This document shows positions 54,534 through 54,625 of a stretch of 54,625 nucleotides of DNA, piece after piece. This DNA comes from an uncultured bacterium (GTDB lineage Bacteria > Fidelibacterota > Marinisomatia > Marinisomatales > J089): NCBI GenBank assembly GCA_964549745.1, contig CAZJWP010000003.1, positions 1 through 54,625 of the forward strand. Direction: 5' to 3'. Under the pieces are notes generated by a model. That model was given only the letters and a program-made list of their open reading frames with translations. It had not been told where the DNA came from and did no database searches. Made by a program: the position numbers and the translations under genes. The first letter of the stretch is position 1, and every line of letters starts with the position of its first letter.

Positions 54534-54625
54534 ATAGATCTGTTTTATATCGATTTTTCTGTTTATTGTATCCCAACCATTTTACCGGTTAGTGTCAAAA
54601 CAGTAATTTCAGACGGAATCCCCAA

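Noticed and set aside
1-54625. Scan for CRISPR arrays, tandem or long direct repeats, IS elements, integrases, toxin-antitoxin pairs, and known defence-system signatures (large ATPase/nuclease/helicase/SIR2/TIR combinations)
   Set aside because: None was seen by eye. Every ORF of 200 aa or more is accounted for by housekeeping or envelope functions, and no repeat-spacer periodicity was found. A computational repeat search would be needed for certainty.

Overview
This is a 54.6-kb, densely packed chromosomal segment from a diderm bacterium. The marker content points to an uncultured member of the FCB (Bacteroidota-related) radiation: a T9SS C-terminal sorting domain, a PorV/PorQ-like barrel, a DUF5683-like protein, a GWxTD protein, BamD and a short GlgA-like gene. 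The exact taxon cannot be determined from the sequence alone. I support 52 CDS, all on the + strand, plus one tRNA-Leu(CAG) on the - strand at the 5' edge. Most of the content is housekeeping:
- translation and redox: smpB, tyrS, trxA-trxB, glyA
- cell shape and division: a complete elongasome block (mreB-mreC-mreD-mrdA-rodA) and ftsEX
- chaperones: hrcA-grpE-dnaJ
- metabolism and others: rsmD-coaD, icd, obg, dprA, nadD
- transport: a TatT-type TRAP transporter and an ABC-2 exporter

I see no rRNA, CRISPR array, transposase or integrase, prophage, or recognisable defence system. The least ordinary region is an outer-membrane cluster at about 31.8-40.6 kb. It contains a PorV/PorQ-like barrel with a Ca-loop-like insert, and a T9SS-CTD cargo that looks like an M6 peptidase with its HEXXH destroyed. 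It also contains a 993-aa protein combining a gluzincin, a PD40 propeller and an Omp85-type barrel, followed by a DUF5683-like protein and BamD. Second is a comEA-linked pair of unknown membrane proteins (46.8-49.2 kb) that read like a degenerate pilin plus a GspL/PilMN-like protein. Smaller oddities are a degenerate orphan ABC ATPase next to an HDAC-like deacetylase and a double-PspC protein, and a Cas4-like PD-(D/E)XK nuclease coupled to an RNase H. All domain calls come from reading motifs by eye, with no searches run. Nothing here is demonstrably a new system; the candidates are hypotheses with stated tests.
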